The notes under the pieces: model-generated
Seen by the model: only the letters and a program-made list of their open reading frames with translations
Database searches by the model: none
What the model was told of the DNA's origin: nothing
Translations under genes and position numbers: made by a program
Shown here: positions 50,981-64,000 of the stretch, in pieces
Layout: every line of letters begins with the position of its first letter
Position numbering within the stretch: position 1 is the stretch's first letter
Assembly: GCF_036321535.1 (NCBI RefSeq)
Contig: NC_087437.1
Span: 18,292,001-18,356,000, forward strand
DNA: 64,000 bases
Source: Camelus dromedarius
Taxonomy: Eukaryota
Reading direction: 5' to 3'

Positions 50981-52381
50981 CCTTCTCTCTCAAATCTCCA
51001 TTTCCAGGATACCTTTTAAAAGAAAAGAGAAGAGGGCTGAAATGAGAAAGATGGTGTGATCTACAAAGGAAGGCAGTGAAATACGAGAATTGTCCCACAC
51101 AGAGAAACAAATTAATATGTTAGACAAAAGCATAGAGTAAAATCCGGTTGAGTAAGTGACTGTCCTCTCAGCTTACTACTACCTAAGCAGCTCAGAGGAT
51201 CATTTTTTTGTATATATGACTGACCCTTTATAGATTGTAAGCTCTTTACATGAACTGTTCTGCCTTAACATCCTCTATTTTCTTCGGCACCTTGCATAGA
51301 ACTTTGACCAGAAGGCAGTCTGAACTCTCCAATTATTGGCTACCTGTTGTGATATATTGGTTAGCCTTTTGTGTTTTATATTCTGTGGTTTCCTCTCTAC
51401 TCTCCTCCCTTCTTTTTCAGTGCCAGCAACTGATGTAGTTGCTTATGGTACTTGTGTGTTGGCTTCACATGCCCTATGGCTGTGGCTGTGACACTGATTC
51501 TTTCCTTGTTTGTCCTTTTGCGTCTTACTCATTTTCCAAAACTGCCTCCTTTAAGAAGCCTTCACTGATGCTGCTGGCTTATTAACTCCCTCCTCAATGT
51601 TGCCTTTATGTGTATATACTTCTGTTTTGTATTTTAGTAGGGAATATAAACATGTACACAAAATTACAGTAGCATGTGGGTTCTTGAGGGGAGGAACCAT
51701 GCCTTTCTAATTTTTTTTTCTGACTTTAATGCCTTCCTCAGTGCCTTGCATATATAGTAGTTCTGCAGTGCTTGTTAAATTGAATGACCCAGTCATAGGG
51801 CAGTAAGGGAGTTTGCTGTTAATGGGCGAACTTTATATTGTTTAAAATACAGCTCTTAAACCCAAGTACTTTTTTAAAAACCGTATTGAGAGGCAAGAGA
51901 TATAGAGCTGTGGGAGAGTGTGCGGAGAGGAACAGTAAAGTCAAAGATGAATCCCTAGATAGGAAGGGAGTCGAAAGATCTGAAGTTCGCAGAAGAACTT
52001 TTGTTGGAAAGCACATATGCTCAAATGGAGTGACAAGACTTATCTGTTTGTATTATAGGAATACTGTTTTTAGTTTTGCCCTGGATTTTGCTCTTGAGTA
52101 TATCATTTCTTGATATATTTGTGCTGTTGTTTGAATCCCTATTTAACATTTGATAGTCTGACATCTGGGTAAAGATTAACCCTCATTTGTTAGCCAGGGG
52201 ATTGGGACAGGTAGTTAAGAGTCCTTCTAACTCTCTGATTCTGTTATTTTGAGGAAGCCAGACCCTGTTAGGAAGTCCTTAGTGGTACCCTTTTGGGCAT
52301 AAGGATTTTCATCAGTTTGGCTTGTTTGCTGCTACAGTTTGTTCTTCCATAAATGGAGTATGTATTAAAAGTGGGTATTTG

Positions 52382-52527
52382 GTGGGGAAGATATAGCTCA
52401 AGTGGTAGAGCGTGTGCTTAGCATGCACAAGGTCTTGGGTTCAATCCCCAGTACCTCCTCCAAAAAGAAATAAACAAACCTAATTACCTTCCCCTCAAAG
52501 AAAGAAAAAAAAACACAAAACAAAATG
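52382..52527 (+). mobile_element. tRNA-derived SINE (Vic-1-like)
   Basis: TATAGCTCAAGTGGTAGAGCG...GGGTTCAATCCCC; perfect 14-bp TSD AAAGTGGGTATTTG at 52368-52381 and 52528-52541. Confidence 0.92.
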
Positions 52528-53644
52528 AAAGTGGGTATTTGAGTTGCCTTTGAGGATATTTTGCAAGCTCATAATATGAAAATATGCTTTGATTTTGGAT
52601 TAACTATATTGTCAGGAAATTGGAGTTCTTGAAATTTTTCTCCAGAGTTGTTTTTGGAGACTCAGAATTTTAAGCTGGCCCTGTGTTTTGGCGATTAACT
52701 CTTTTCTAATCAAGGGTTCTAGGTAAACCAGAAGACCATTTCTTCCTCTCTATAGTGATTTATTGCTGATGGGTGGTTGGTAGTACATGAGCATATTCCA
52801 GCAGGCCTCAGAAAGAAACAGCAAGGGACGAAAATTCTTTTTCCATGGCTCTTAGACATATATTCTTTGCTTTAAATAATGTTAAGTACTGAAAATTAGA
52901 TATAAAAAATAAACAATCCCCCCATAAATATTAACAAAAAAGAACATAATAGAGCAAACCCTGCAATACAAATACAAGGAGGTAAGTGTCTCCCTTGCTC
53001 TTCATGCTCTAACTCTCCCCCTTCTTTGCGGCTTTAGCCAGTTTAGACTGGGTAACTCTGTTGGACCTGACAAGTCACTCTAATTCTTAATTGTTTTTCC
53101 CTCACAGTAAGTGTGACAACTCCTTTATATTAGTTTATTTTTTACATATGTCTGTTCCTAGCAGTACAGCTCCTCTGCATCACTCTGAGGCTGTTCCTCT
53201 TGCACTCAGACTACCCTTCACAGACTCATGAAGTCCTTTTTTCCTTGCTGAGAATTGGATTTTCCCTCCCTTTAATGGGTACTAAGCAGAAGCAACATTT
53301 CTATCTTTTTTTCATATATAGGTGATATCCAACCATTCAGAAACGTGGCTTGCTTCTTAACACTTGTTCCCAGTTCTTCTGTTGGCGAAGCTTGCAGGGA
53401 TCACCACAAAAGTCCCACCGTCTAGTTATGTTTTTAGTGAGAACCGGGTATCTTCTTTCTTCCCTCTTATTTTTTATCTTGTCACAAGCTTTTCTCAGAA
53501 TGATTTAATATTATAAGTATTTTATAGAAACTCTAATGCTTCTGCCTTACGTTAGATTATATAGCTATTTTGTGTTGTGGGTGATACTGTGAATTTGTGA
53601 TTTGCATGGCTTCAGATGTCATAATTTTTCCCCCCACTTTCTAG

Positions 53645-53721
53645 GAAGTAACAGCTAGCAGTCGCCACTATGTTGACAGGCTATTTGACCCTGATCCCCA
53701 GAAAGTTCTACAAGGTGTCAT
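53645..53721 (+). CDS. ARMC8: ARMC8 exon 2 (77 nt)
   Basis: ttctag|EVTASSRHYVDRLFDPDPQKVLQGV(I)|gtaagt; in frame with exon 1. Confidence 0.96.
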
Positions 53722-55559
53722 GTAAGTAGTATGTATTTAAGAGTCTATCAAAAAGTCTTGTTTGTTTCATGTTTGAATCTGTCAAATACTATAATTCTGA
53801 AAATGCAGGGTTTTTCTTTTCTCTTTTCTTCTGTTTCGGAATGGCCCCTTGACATTCATGACTTTAATATGGTACTGTAAAAAATTGTCTGTTGGATAGC
53901 TGTTAACTGACATGGTTAACTTCATTTTTTTTTTTTGTAGCATACTTGTTTTACATTTTTAAAAATGTTTACTTTGGAGAATGCTTTTGTGACTTTAATA
54001 TCCAGCAAAAGCAAGAGAGCAAAATCGATGATTTTTTATAATTGGAAAAGGGTGGGAGAATAGGTCAGTAGGGTTTGGGGGGGTTTGTTTTATTTTTGAT
54101 TAACCCACTGATGGTCTCTAAGGTTTGAGTCTCCTAGTGATGTTTTAAATATCAGAATTTAGAAAGCAATCATTAGAAAATTTAAATAAACTCTTAATAA
54201 CCTAAATGCCCTTCTTTTCTCCATAATTCCCTCATGTTTAAGGAGGAAACATTTTTAAGCAACATAACCAAGGTGATTATACTCTAAAAAAAAATTAACT
54301 AAGACACATGTGATAAGATTGCAGATGACTGAAAGATGAATTCTCTCTCCTAAGAGCAAATTATTATGTATGCTTTTATCACATTAATTCTAAGAAAGAA
54401 GGTCTAGCCTAAGACTACTCATAGCATTGGGAAACACTGAGTGTCCACAGGGTTGAACTGTGTCCTGGGGAAGGAGGACACAAAAAAAAGATCAGGATGA
54501 GGCTCATGGGGTAGCAGTGAGGGCACAAATGAGTCCCTTTCTTCTTCTCTTACCCTGTTAGTGTTATCAGCAAGATAACATCTTCAGTTTAACTCTTGCT
54601 TGACCATGGCAAGGCTAGGATGCTTTGTTTATGGAAGTTTCTACTGACTATAATTCTTATTCTGTGCTCCCGTCTTCCAAAAAAAAAAAAAAAAGACTCT
54701 ATAGAAGGGATGTCTTGGGGATGTGTGTTTGTAAAGTAGAGGCAAGTTAAGCAAGTAAGGCTGCTTGACTATTCAAATTTAGCTAGAAGGGAAGGTGAGG
54801 AGCTGGATGGAAACCGCCCCCCTCCCCTGGGTTACTTGACACCTTCTCTTCACATCTTCTCAGTTCACAGAAATAGTAGATATTTCTTATTTTCTCATGT
54901 TGACTTTGCCTTTGTCCCTTAACTCCGGGACTTTGTAATGATTTAATCAGCCCTTTAAGTCTAGTTTGATTAATACCAGGGAAAGTGGTATTAAATCCAC
55001 CCGTAAAATCAATCAGTTTGGGTTGTACCTAGGCACACAAATTAGTTGAAGGGATAGGTTTAATTTAATATGCTTTCTTAGGCAAGCAGACATTCCCCCA
55101 CACAAAGCCAGACACCTTTGTATATTGATAATCCTAGATATCACTTAAGATCCCTCAATAAATAGTTCAGTTGAAAATGTCAGGCTTATTAAGTGTTCAA
55201 TAAATGATAGAAGATAATGATGCTGTAATTATTTTCATTATTACTGCTTCTATGGTTGTTTAGGAGAAAAGCTAAAGTTCTCAATCAGGGATTCCACATG
55301 AAAGACTTATCTTGAGTCATATCTCATATGAGTAGCTAATTCAAGTGTTAATCATCACTTTTAGAAATTTCTCATTTACCAAAGAACACAGTAACTTCCT
55401 GAAAGGTGATAAAATATCAAATGAGGCATAAAAACACTGGAAAGAGTGTATTCTTAAAAACCGGCTAAGGTATAGTTTGATAGCTTTAGTGCCTCTTAAA
55501 GAATTATCAAGTGTCAGACACTTAGCTGTAAGCTAAGAAGATAAGAAAGGTTTGTGTGG

Positions 55560-55800
55560 AAAGATAGATAGTGGAGTGGAAAGAGTATGGGCTTTTGAGT
55601 TGGACAACGGTAGATTGAATTCCTGGTTCTGGTATTTCCTAATTTAGTCCTTTCCTAGTAGAGTCTTTGGGCAAGTTGCTTAATTTCCTTGACTCTCAAC
55701 TTCATTATCTGTAAAGGGAGATAACACAGCCCATCTTGCCAAGTTATTAAGAATTAAGTCAGAAATATAAAATTCAGTGCTGGTATGTTGTGGATACCCA
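55560..55800 (+). mobile_element. MIR SINE
   Basis: TTTGGGCAAGTTGCTTAATTTCCTTGACTCTCAACTTCATTATCTGTAAAGGGAGATAA. Confidence 0.75.
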
Positions 55801-58800
55801 CAAATCAGCATTTAGGTGTTTATTCATTATTGGCCCTAATTTAAAACAACTTCAAAAATAAAATGATTCTTTTCAGAGAAGAGAAAGGAAAACTCAAATA
55901 AGAAATGTCAGAGAAAACAATTCAAACTGAAGGAGAAGAGAGGGAGGAGCTAGAATTCTTAATTCAGACAAGAGAATGCAAGTGATAACACAAACGCATT
56001 CCAGTGAAAGTGATTGCTACTTATAAGACTAAAATCTATTTATAGTTTGAAAGGGACAGATTACCCAAAATCTTTTCACTTAGGGTCTTATAGAGGTGTT
56101 TGTAGTATGATTTGATAAATCTTTCTTTACCTCAGAAATAGTTATTTTTTCTGACTTAATTCTTTCTTGAACTTTGTTACTGTCTAAAAATTAATTGTAT
56201 ATAGTCAAGAGAATGAAAAGTGAATTATACCTTTAACATTTTATTTATTTTTAAGTAACCTTGTCTAATACTAGAATATTACAATATTAATAGAGGAAAG
56301 GGGGGAACCAAAATAATGTTTAGGAAAAGAGAATTGACTAATTCTTTTAATGCATATTGCACAGCCACCGTTGAATCAGTCATACAGAGACCATTACTGG
56401 ACCAAAATAAGTAGGTAGAAGGAGGTGGCCGCAGAGCGTAGGCAACCAAAGGTAGTCTTCCAGCTTTAGGGAAGGGAAGGACAGTGGCTATAGTAATCAG
56501 CTTTGAATTGAAAATATCCAATTGAAAAGACATGAAAGAATTGATGACTAATTTTAGCTACATTACAACCAGAGTTCTGTCATTTTTCTAGCAATATTAA
56601 GTCTGGTTTGTCTCAATAAAGATTGTGAACATACAAAACATAATACACTAGCAGGAAAAACAAAATCAAAGAAATTGAAGATGAATAATGACTTTTCATC
56701 CTGGCCCACAACTAATCTACTCAGCTGAGTTAGAGCCGTAACCATACCCATAAATATAGGGAACTTCTTTGTTGATAACTCATGTTATAAAGGACCATTT
56801 TACCTAGTCAGTGAGTATGCCTTTGTTGAAAGATATTATTAAACATCAGAACTGGTTAGTTTTAAATGTTGAAGAATGAGAAGTTATCCTAGGGACAACT
56901 TTTTGTTAATGGTACAATATTTAGCATAAATTTGAATGGTCCTAATGTGTTAAAGGTTTGAAAACAGAATCAGGTCCTGAAAAGCAAATGTCAAATGCAT
57001 AACTGAGTAGAAGATCATTAGGTATGGAGTAAGATATGAACAGAGAGAACAGGGAGGTCAATCGTGTAGGTCATAAACTACAGCATTTGCAACTACAACA
57101 GAGAGTAGCTATATCAGATAAACTGCTGTATTGCAAATTTTGAGCTTCCTCTAGTGTGGAGATCTATGTATGACTTTTAAAGAGTAATTACAGGATATTT
57201 TTGGTGAATTTACTCTGATATTAGCTCAGCCATGTTAAATCTGTTATTTGATGAAGAATTAGCTATCGAAATGTTTTTGGAGACCTTGAGTCAGAGTTGG
57301 TTAAACACTGCTTTTTTTTAATGTACCTAAATTAATGCACCTGAATCTGGTTTTTATATTAGTGATTCTCCATGAAAAAAGTCAACAGATATCCCTTTGT
57401 GGCCCTAAGATGATATTCCCTGTGTTGAAAGGCAAAAGATGATATAAGCAAATGTGTCTGGCTTTGTAGTTACAAAGTAGAATCAAAGTAGAAAACTAGA
57501 TTGGGTCTCTCTGGTAAACTCAGGCAAGCATTTGTGGCTACTGTAGAATTGTGTGGTTTTCAACAGGTATCCATATTTAAAAGTGTCTTCTGAAGTATTT
57601 TAATGTACTGATGAAATAAGTTCATTTTGGTAATGATTTTGGTACTTGATTTTCTGGTTCCAGGAAATTATGTACTTCTGGGTTCAGTAGAATAGAGACA
57701 CTTTCCATTTTCTTGCATGAGCTCCCAAAAGATGAAGCCTTTGGCTTTTGGAAATTTTAGCCTAAAGTAGAAGTTTTAGGATAATTCAAAAGAAATATCT
57801 TGTCAGTCATTTTTGAAAGCGTTACAGGTAAACATAAATGAAGATGACCGTAATACCAAATAAAATGGAGTGATTCTGAGTCTTACTTGTTTAAAACTTC
57901 ATATTCTGAGACAGTTCAGTCTGGTTAAAAGGGTAACAAGATCCTCCAGAAATTATTAGATCAAATTGACATAGTTTCGTATGCAGATAGATAAGCTGTT
58001 TATATGTGTATGTGATACTAACTTTGAACGTCAAGATTAGCTGATATTCGTGTATATTTGTATATATTAGCATATCTGTATATATCTTTTCATATTTATA
58101 AACCACTTAACTGTATGCTTACAGATTCATAATGTTCTAACACATTTTTGATGTTCTTTGGAATGATTATATTAATAATATTCATCAATATACTATAAAA
58201 TATTTTGGCATTTATTAGTGCAATTATTATATTGTACTTTTCATTTTCAGAGAATATAGGGTGATTTATAATCATATATTGATAAAACAAAGACAAGTAC
58301 AACAACTCCTAGTTTCTGAACTGGTGTTATACAGATTGAAACTGTATCTGACACTACCTACATTTCAAAAATCTATACCACAGGGTAATTGTAAGAGTGA
58401 ACTAAATTACTGCCACTTCTCAGTTTTGTTCAATATATACATATAGTAGGTGCACAATAAATGCTAAGCTGACTTGAAGTTCACTATAAATTTCTCAAGT
58501 GCCTCCTGAATCAAGGCCTTATGTTAAAAATAACTTTAGTTTGAATAATAAATCATCATTATCTAATTCTTTTAAAATTGGAAATTCACATATGGTAATG
58601 GTGACTTTGATTGGAATACAAATAATCTCATTCCTTAACTGTGCTAAATATTAGAAAGCTGTTGTGCTTGGATGATTGGATGTTACATTCTTCATAAAGA
58701 GCATCATAATAATTATTATTACAGGAACAGAACAGTGAGTATGTTTGTAATTTTCCAAGTCCAAATAATTTTTTAAGGTATTTACCATTTGCCTTATTAT

Positions 58801-60849
58801 AGCTACCCACAAATGTGTATTTTCTCCTTATTTTATGAACATCTTATGAAAAGTGAGTTTTCCTAAGTAGATCAAACTTTATATTCAGATTGTAGTTTTC
58901 AGTGTCCACTGTAGTTTTTGGCTGCTTCACACCAAGTAGGCCAAGAATGAACGCACAATATTCCAAATAAGAGCTGCTTCAGGTAATTGAGAAGTCATAC
59001 TGTTCAAAATTTAAATGACACAATTGATCTTTAGCTTCTGACTCCAGCCTTCAATGATTTTAAAGATAATTTTCTATTTTTAGGTGATAATTAGGTTTTC
59101 AGTTACAATTTATGCTATTTTGACTGTTTAGGAAAAGTGTGCTCATACCTGATTGAAACATTTCTCCAGCAAGTCTAGATTCCAATTAATTTTTTTTTTT
59201 TACTTTTCCTACTGTTTTAATGGCAAAGTGTGTTGTTACTTTCTATCTTGGTTTTGATCAAAAATCATAATGCTCTGTTTTAGGCATTTAGATATGCTGT
59301 GGTAGGCACTGTACATGTTGTTTTCATATTTGAGACCTTTTTCTCCATCACACTGAAAATTAATCTCTTTCAGAACAAAGAAAGGAAGTAGAAAAGTTAG
59401 CCTTCATGTAAAAGTGAGTGCCTCCTGAGTCCATTTATTAGTGGGCAAATTTAAGATTCTAGCTGAAAATGTTCCCTGGCAAATGCATTTTTGTAGCATC
59501 TTAATACTGGTTCTTCTCCCATCTTCAAAGTGTGGGATATCTCCAAGGCTTACGTTTTAGCCTTTCTACCTGGAGATTCTTATCTTACCTCAAAGATAAT
59601 TCAGTATGTATAAAATCAGGATAGATCCTTGTTTTGCTAAGAGATTTGTTCTCCAAACTTCCTAGTATTCTCTGCGCCCAGGCATCCGGACTTGACACTC
59701 AACATGTGTCACGTATCACTTTTCCTGTACCTATCAAACCATCTTGTTAACTACTTTCTTAAAATGTCCTCTCTATAAATGATTCCTATGGCTGCCACCT
59801 AGTCAGTGTCATATAACCAGATACCTGGATGAATTGATTAATTTCTTCAACAGACATTTATTGAGTGCCTACCAGGTGCCTGGTAGGCCTTGTGTAAGTT
59901 TGGGAGTATATGAGAGGGAATAATGTAGTCACTCCTCTGGGGGTTCCAAAAGTCTAATGGAGGAGTCAGATAACTAAAGAGGCAATCCACCGTAGTTTGA
60001 TTAATAAATGCTGTGATAATGATAAACACAGAGGGACTTGGGACCACAAAGGAGAGACATCCGCCATTTAGTTGCCTCTTTTGGGTCTAGGATTATCTAT
60101 ATTCCAATCCATTCCACACTCAGCTTTTCTTCCTTAGTTAGTCACTACTTCCTTCATGTCCTTTTTCTGATAAAAACATGATCTTGCCTTAATCTGTCCC
60201 CCTTTAGTTTATATCTTCTCTCTATCACTTTTCCAACTTTGTTTCATGCTTAATGTTCCCATCTTAAAGGAAACCTTCTTTTCAGGCCTGACTCCTGGTA
60301 TTGACCCAGAAATATGCCATATTCATTTCCAGCATTATTCCCTTTGCCTTCCTCATCCACTTATCCAAATGCTGACCATTTTCTAGGGTTCATCTTAGTT
60401 CCTACCATTGCCTCAAAACCTGTTAAGCTTGTCTTATCATCTACTTTTGTCAGCCCTGTAAGCTCACTGTCTATAATACAGCACTGCCTTAATTGTTAGT
60501 GTTATTTTTGTCTTCCCAAGGATATTGTAAACTCTTCAGATCAGGCTTTCCATTATGTGATGCTTTTGTATTCTTCATAGAGCCTAGCACAGGGCCGAGC
60601 CCAAAAAGTAATTGTTGAATTTCAATAGTATATAAGTAGGGTAATTTCCCCCCCAACATTAAAAATTTGTGGACAGGAGATTGTATCCCTTTGATCTACT
60701 GGGAAAAGGATGTCTGACTAAAAGTTAGAGATGCTCTTATTTTTGTATAAAAGTGTAAAATTGAAAAACAGGAGGAAAAAGAAAATACCTTTACTGAATT
60801 CTTTTGTCTTTTCAGTCAGTTTGTTCTGAATGTCTCACATGCTGGAGGT

Positions 60850-61025
60850 AATGGAAAGAAGCACTTGGCATGAAAGATATGGATTGAGACTGGCTCTGTC
60901 GTTTACTGTGGGACTGAGTAGACCCCCAAACCTGAGCCTTAGTTTCCTCATCTGTAAAATGGGGTTAATATTACTCAAGATTGCAGTGAAGATTAAGTAA
61001 TGGATATGGAATGCTTTGTAAACTT
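60850..61025 (+). mobile_element. MIR SINE
   Basis: CTGAGCCTTAGTTTCCTCATCTGTAAAATGGGGTTAATA. Confidence 0.8.
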
Positions 61026-63579
61026 CAGTGTATATACATCTTGCATGGTTTTGTTGTGTTCCCATCTTGGATGATAGTTGTGAGTTTGCATTTTACAAAA
61101 ATACGGATTTCTATATGGTATGTTTTATGATCCATTGATAGTAACTTCTCTGAGATTTCCAGGTCAGGCTGGTTTCTTGCCTCTGAAGAGGAGACAGACT
61201 TCTATCCTAAAAAAGTAATGAGTGTGCTATGATAAAGGACGCTAGAAGGGATACCTAATCCAGACCTAGGAGTTGTCAGGGCATGCTTCCTGGAGGATGA
61301 CATTGACATACAAGCTCAGACTTGAAAGATGAGTAAAGTTAGCCAGGAATGCTGTGAGGGAGGGGATAAGGAAATGAGAGAGAGAATAGCTACCCTCTGG
61401 CAACTGAAAGAAGCTCTGTTTGGCTGGCTCTGAAATTGAATTTTACACAGTACTAATCTTGTATCTGCTAAAAATGGGTATATGTGATGATTATTGTCTC
61501 TCTCAGTTTTAATTTTTTCATAGAAATGATCTCCTGGTAACCCTTTATAGTAATAGTTGAATAGAATTCATTTGCTGGGTATTAACATCTCTTCTTCCTT
61601 ACCTAATATAGAAATATTTTACTTGTTAGAGCCAGAGCAAGAATTGTTGTCTTTAGACATTATGTTCTCTTTAGCTTGCAGTTACTCTGTAACTACTTGC
61701 TGCCTCCTTCATGTCCTTTTTGCAAACTATTAGGAGAACTGGAAACTTGGTGTTGGAGGGGTTTTTGTTTGCTTTTGACTCTAAAAATATTTACTTTCAC
61801 ATGGTTTCTGATACTTGAAATGGGTTTATAAGGTAATGTGGGGACACCTCATTTCTGCTTAGTTTAGGAAGATTGGAGAGAAATCTGGGAAAAAGTTAGG
61901 GTCGGGAATTCCGGACTAGAGAGAGCCTCCAGAATGGCACCTGGCGTAAAATAGACTCTTAGTAAATAGCAAGTGGACAAATGAGTGTGCTGCATTAGTA
62001 TAGGCAGACCCATTAAGAGAAGGGAAGAAGATGAAAGTAAATGACAAAATGCTAGGTTAGGGTATATAAGCTGATAAGTGGGAACTAAGTCTCTAAGAAA
62101 ACAGCAGGCATCCCCAAGAGGCAGGACCCTCGATGTACAGTCCATCAGCTATGCTTTGCTAAATGAAGCTCCAGTATCACATTTTATATAATGTATCAGA
62201 ACTTGGTTAAAACCTTGGTAAGCTTCATTCAGCTTAGTCCTCATAAACAAAAAATCCTCCTGCATAACCCCTATAAACAATATGGAAGATCTGAGAGACA
62301 GTTTACAGAAAAAGAGGTAAAGCCCTCAAAAATAGACCACCCTCAGACACTGAGCTAATGGAAGAAGACTAGTAGGTATAGTGTATGTCTCAAGACTTGT
62401 GAAAATGCTATTCAAAAACTTGTAGGGAGAATCAGCTTTCAGCATATCACTGCATCATAGCAGTGTTTTCCTGCAGTAATCAAAGAAGGTAATTAAAGAG
62501 AAGGATATTATAATTATTATTACCAGGGTTTTTAATGCCAGTGAATTTGGTTGATATTGGAAACACAGTCTGACTATAATATTTAGTTGTTGATTTTCTT
62601 AAGTAACTTCCCACCTCTGTTTTCTACTCTGTTTTTCTACAAGATTATGGTTTACTAATTAGAGAACTTTTTCAGGATTTTAACTTTAAAGGTTGGCAAA
62701 TGATTCCTATGTATTGTAGAGCTCTGCCATCTAAAAGAGGGGAAGTCAAAAGAGATGCTGGTCAAGTGACTAGGGGAATAGATTTGGGATATGGAAGAAA
62801 TGAATTTGGGTGAGCTAAGAACTTTTTGAGGCTCCATGACAATGGTCTTAATGCTCTCAGACTTGGCTTCCCCTTGTAAATGTTTTGTAATGACTGACTC
62901 CTGCACTATCCTGAAATTAAATCCACAGTAATATAACCTCACAAACATCCAAAAATAATATAATCCTTCCCTGCTTATAATGTAAAGGGTAAAATTTTAA
63001 AGAAGATAATGTATAAATGTTTCAGTATGTAGACACTTAGGCGTGACTGTGCTAGCAAACTTAATGAAGTATGAATGCAAGAGCTGAAAGTGTGGGCTGA
63101 TATAGGTGTGGTATTGATGATTCAAACACCATGAGTACCACTGACCTGATTTTCCAAAATGAAATAACTTTTAATAAAAAGCATAATTTCCCTTTTATTT
63201 ACAGGGCAGGTAAAATACTGAAAAATACAGTTTTCTTTAAAATTGTGTAAAAAATGCTTTCTATCTATTTTTAAAACTATGGCCAGGAATTTCTAGACAC
63301 CCTCATAAACTTCTGAAATGCCCCTAAGAGTCTCTGATGCCTTCTTCCCCACTTTGAAAACCCATGGTGTTCTAGTGTTCTATATTAAGATAGTACTACT
63401 GACTAATTTGCATAAGTTTTTCTTTTTATTAAATATTCTCTAGTACTAGGCTTATTTTGAGCTATTTATTTTTTCTCCATCTGTCCTCTGGGAACAGCCA
63501 TGTGTTTATGAATCAGTTGGTCATTGGTAGAGATACTCTTATTGTGGAATAGAATTTTACTTCTGGTGAAGTGAAGATC

Positions 63580-64000
63580 TGAGTGTAGCTAGAATAAAAA
63601 ATACTGGTGAATATATGGGAAATATAAAATATTTTTATTTTTAAATCTCCTTAAAAGATAATTGGCTGTTTAAACAAAAGTAGTACAATATATTATGTTG
63701 TTTCTAACTAATTCAAAAATGTATGACAGCAGCACAAAAATGGATGGGGAGATGAAAGTATATGCTTGCAAGTCTCTTACAATATACAGGAAATGGCATG
63801 ATATCCCTTGAAGTTAAACCATGCATATTGTAAATTGTAAAGCAACCACTAAAAAACCCAAAACAGAACCCGAAGAGGTACTGCTAAGACAATAAAGGAG
63901 ATAAAATGGAATCACAAGAAGTATTCAGTCCAGAGAAGTCAGAAAAAGAGGAAAAAAGTAAACAAAGTCATGGTCCCTGGAACAGGATCAGATACATTCT
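63580..64000 (+). mobile_element. Old L1M remnant running off the window
   Basis: ATATTGTAAATTGTAAAGCAACCACTAAAAAA...GAGATAAAATGGAATCACAAGAAGTATTCA; similar to the L1M segment at ~4100-4450. Confidence 0.65.

Noticed and set aside
53722..64000. ARMC8 exon 3 (DMKNAVIGNNKQK..., as recalled)
   Set aside because: Not found by eye; it presumably lies beyond the window end.
1..64000. CRISPR array or prokaryote-type defence/operon system
   Set aside because: The DNA is eukaryotic and intron-containing; I saw no regularly spaced repeat-spacer array and no long intact ORFs.

Overview
Mammalian genomic DNA, very probably from a camelid: there are five tRNA-derived SINEs that resemble the Vic-1 family, plus matching young L1 3' tails. 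The window holds the complete 8-exon DBR1 gene (RNA lariat debranching enzyme) on the minus strand. Its spliced CDS runs 22683->12430, totals 1635 nt (544 aa) and has only GT-AG introns. About 10 kb away and divergently oriented is the 5' part of ARMC8 (CTLH/GID E3 ligase subunit) on the plus strand: exon 1 CDS 33053-33097 and exon 2 53645-53721, with the rest beyond the window. Each gene has its own CpG-island promoter. The remaining sequence is intergenic or intronic and dominated by L1, L2, MIR, LTR and hAT remnants. I found no convincing new biological system. The best leads are (i) a candidate 54-nt ARMC8 cassette exon that carries an in-frame stop, ends in ATG and overlaps a CTCF-like motif, (ii) an old twin-primed (5'-inverted) L1, and (iii) a solo ERV1 LTR near the DBR1 promoter. 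Repeat family names and comparisons with human proteins come from memory, not from database searches.
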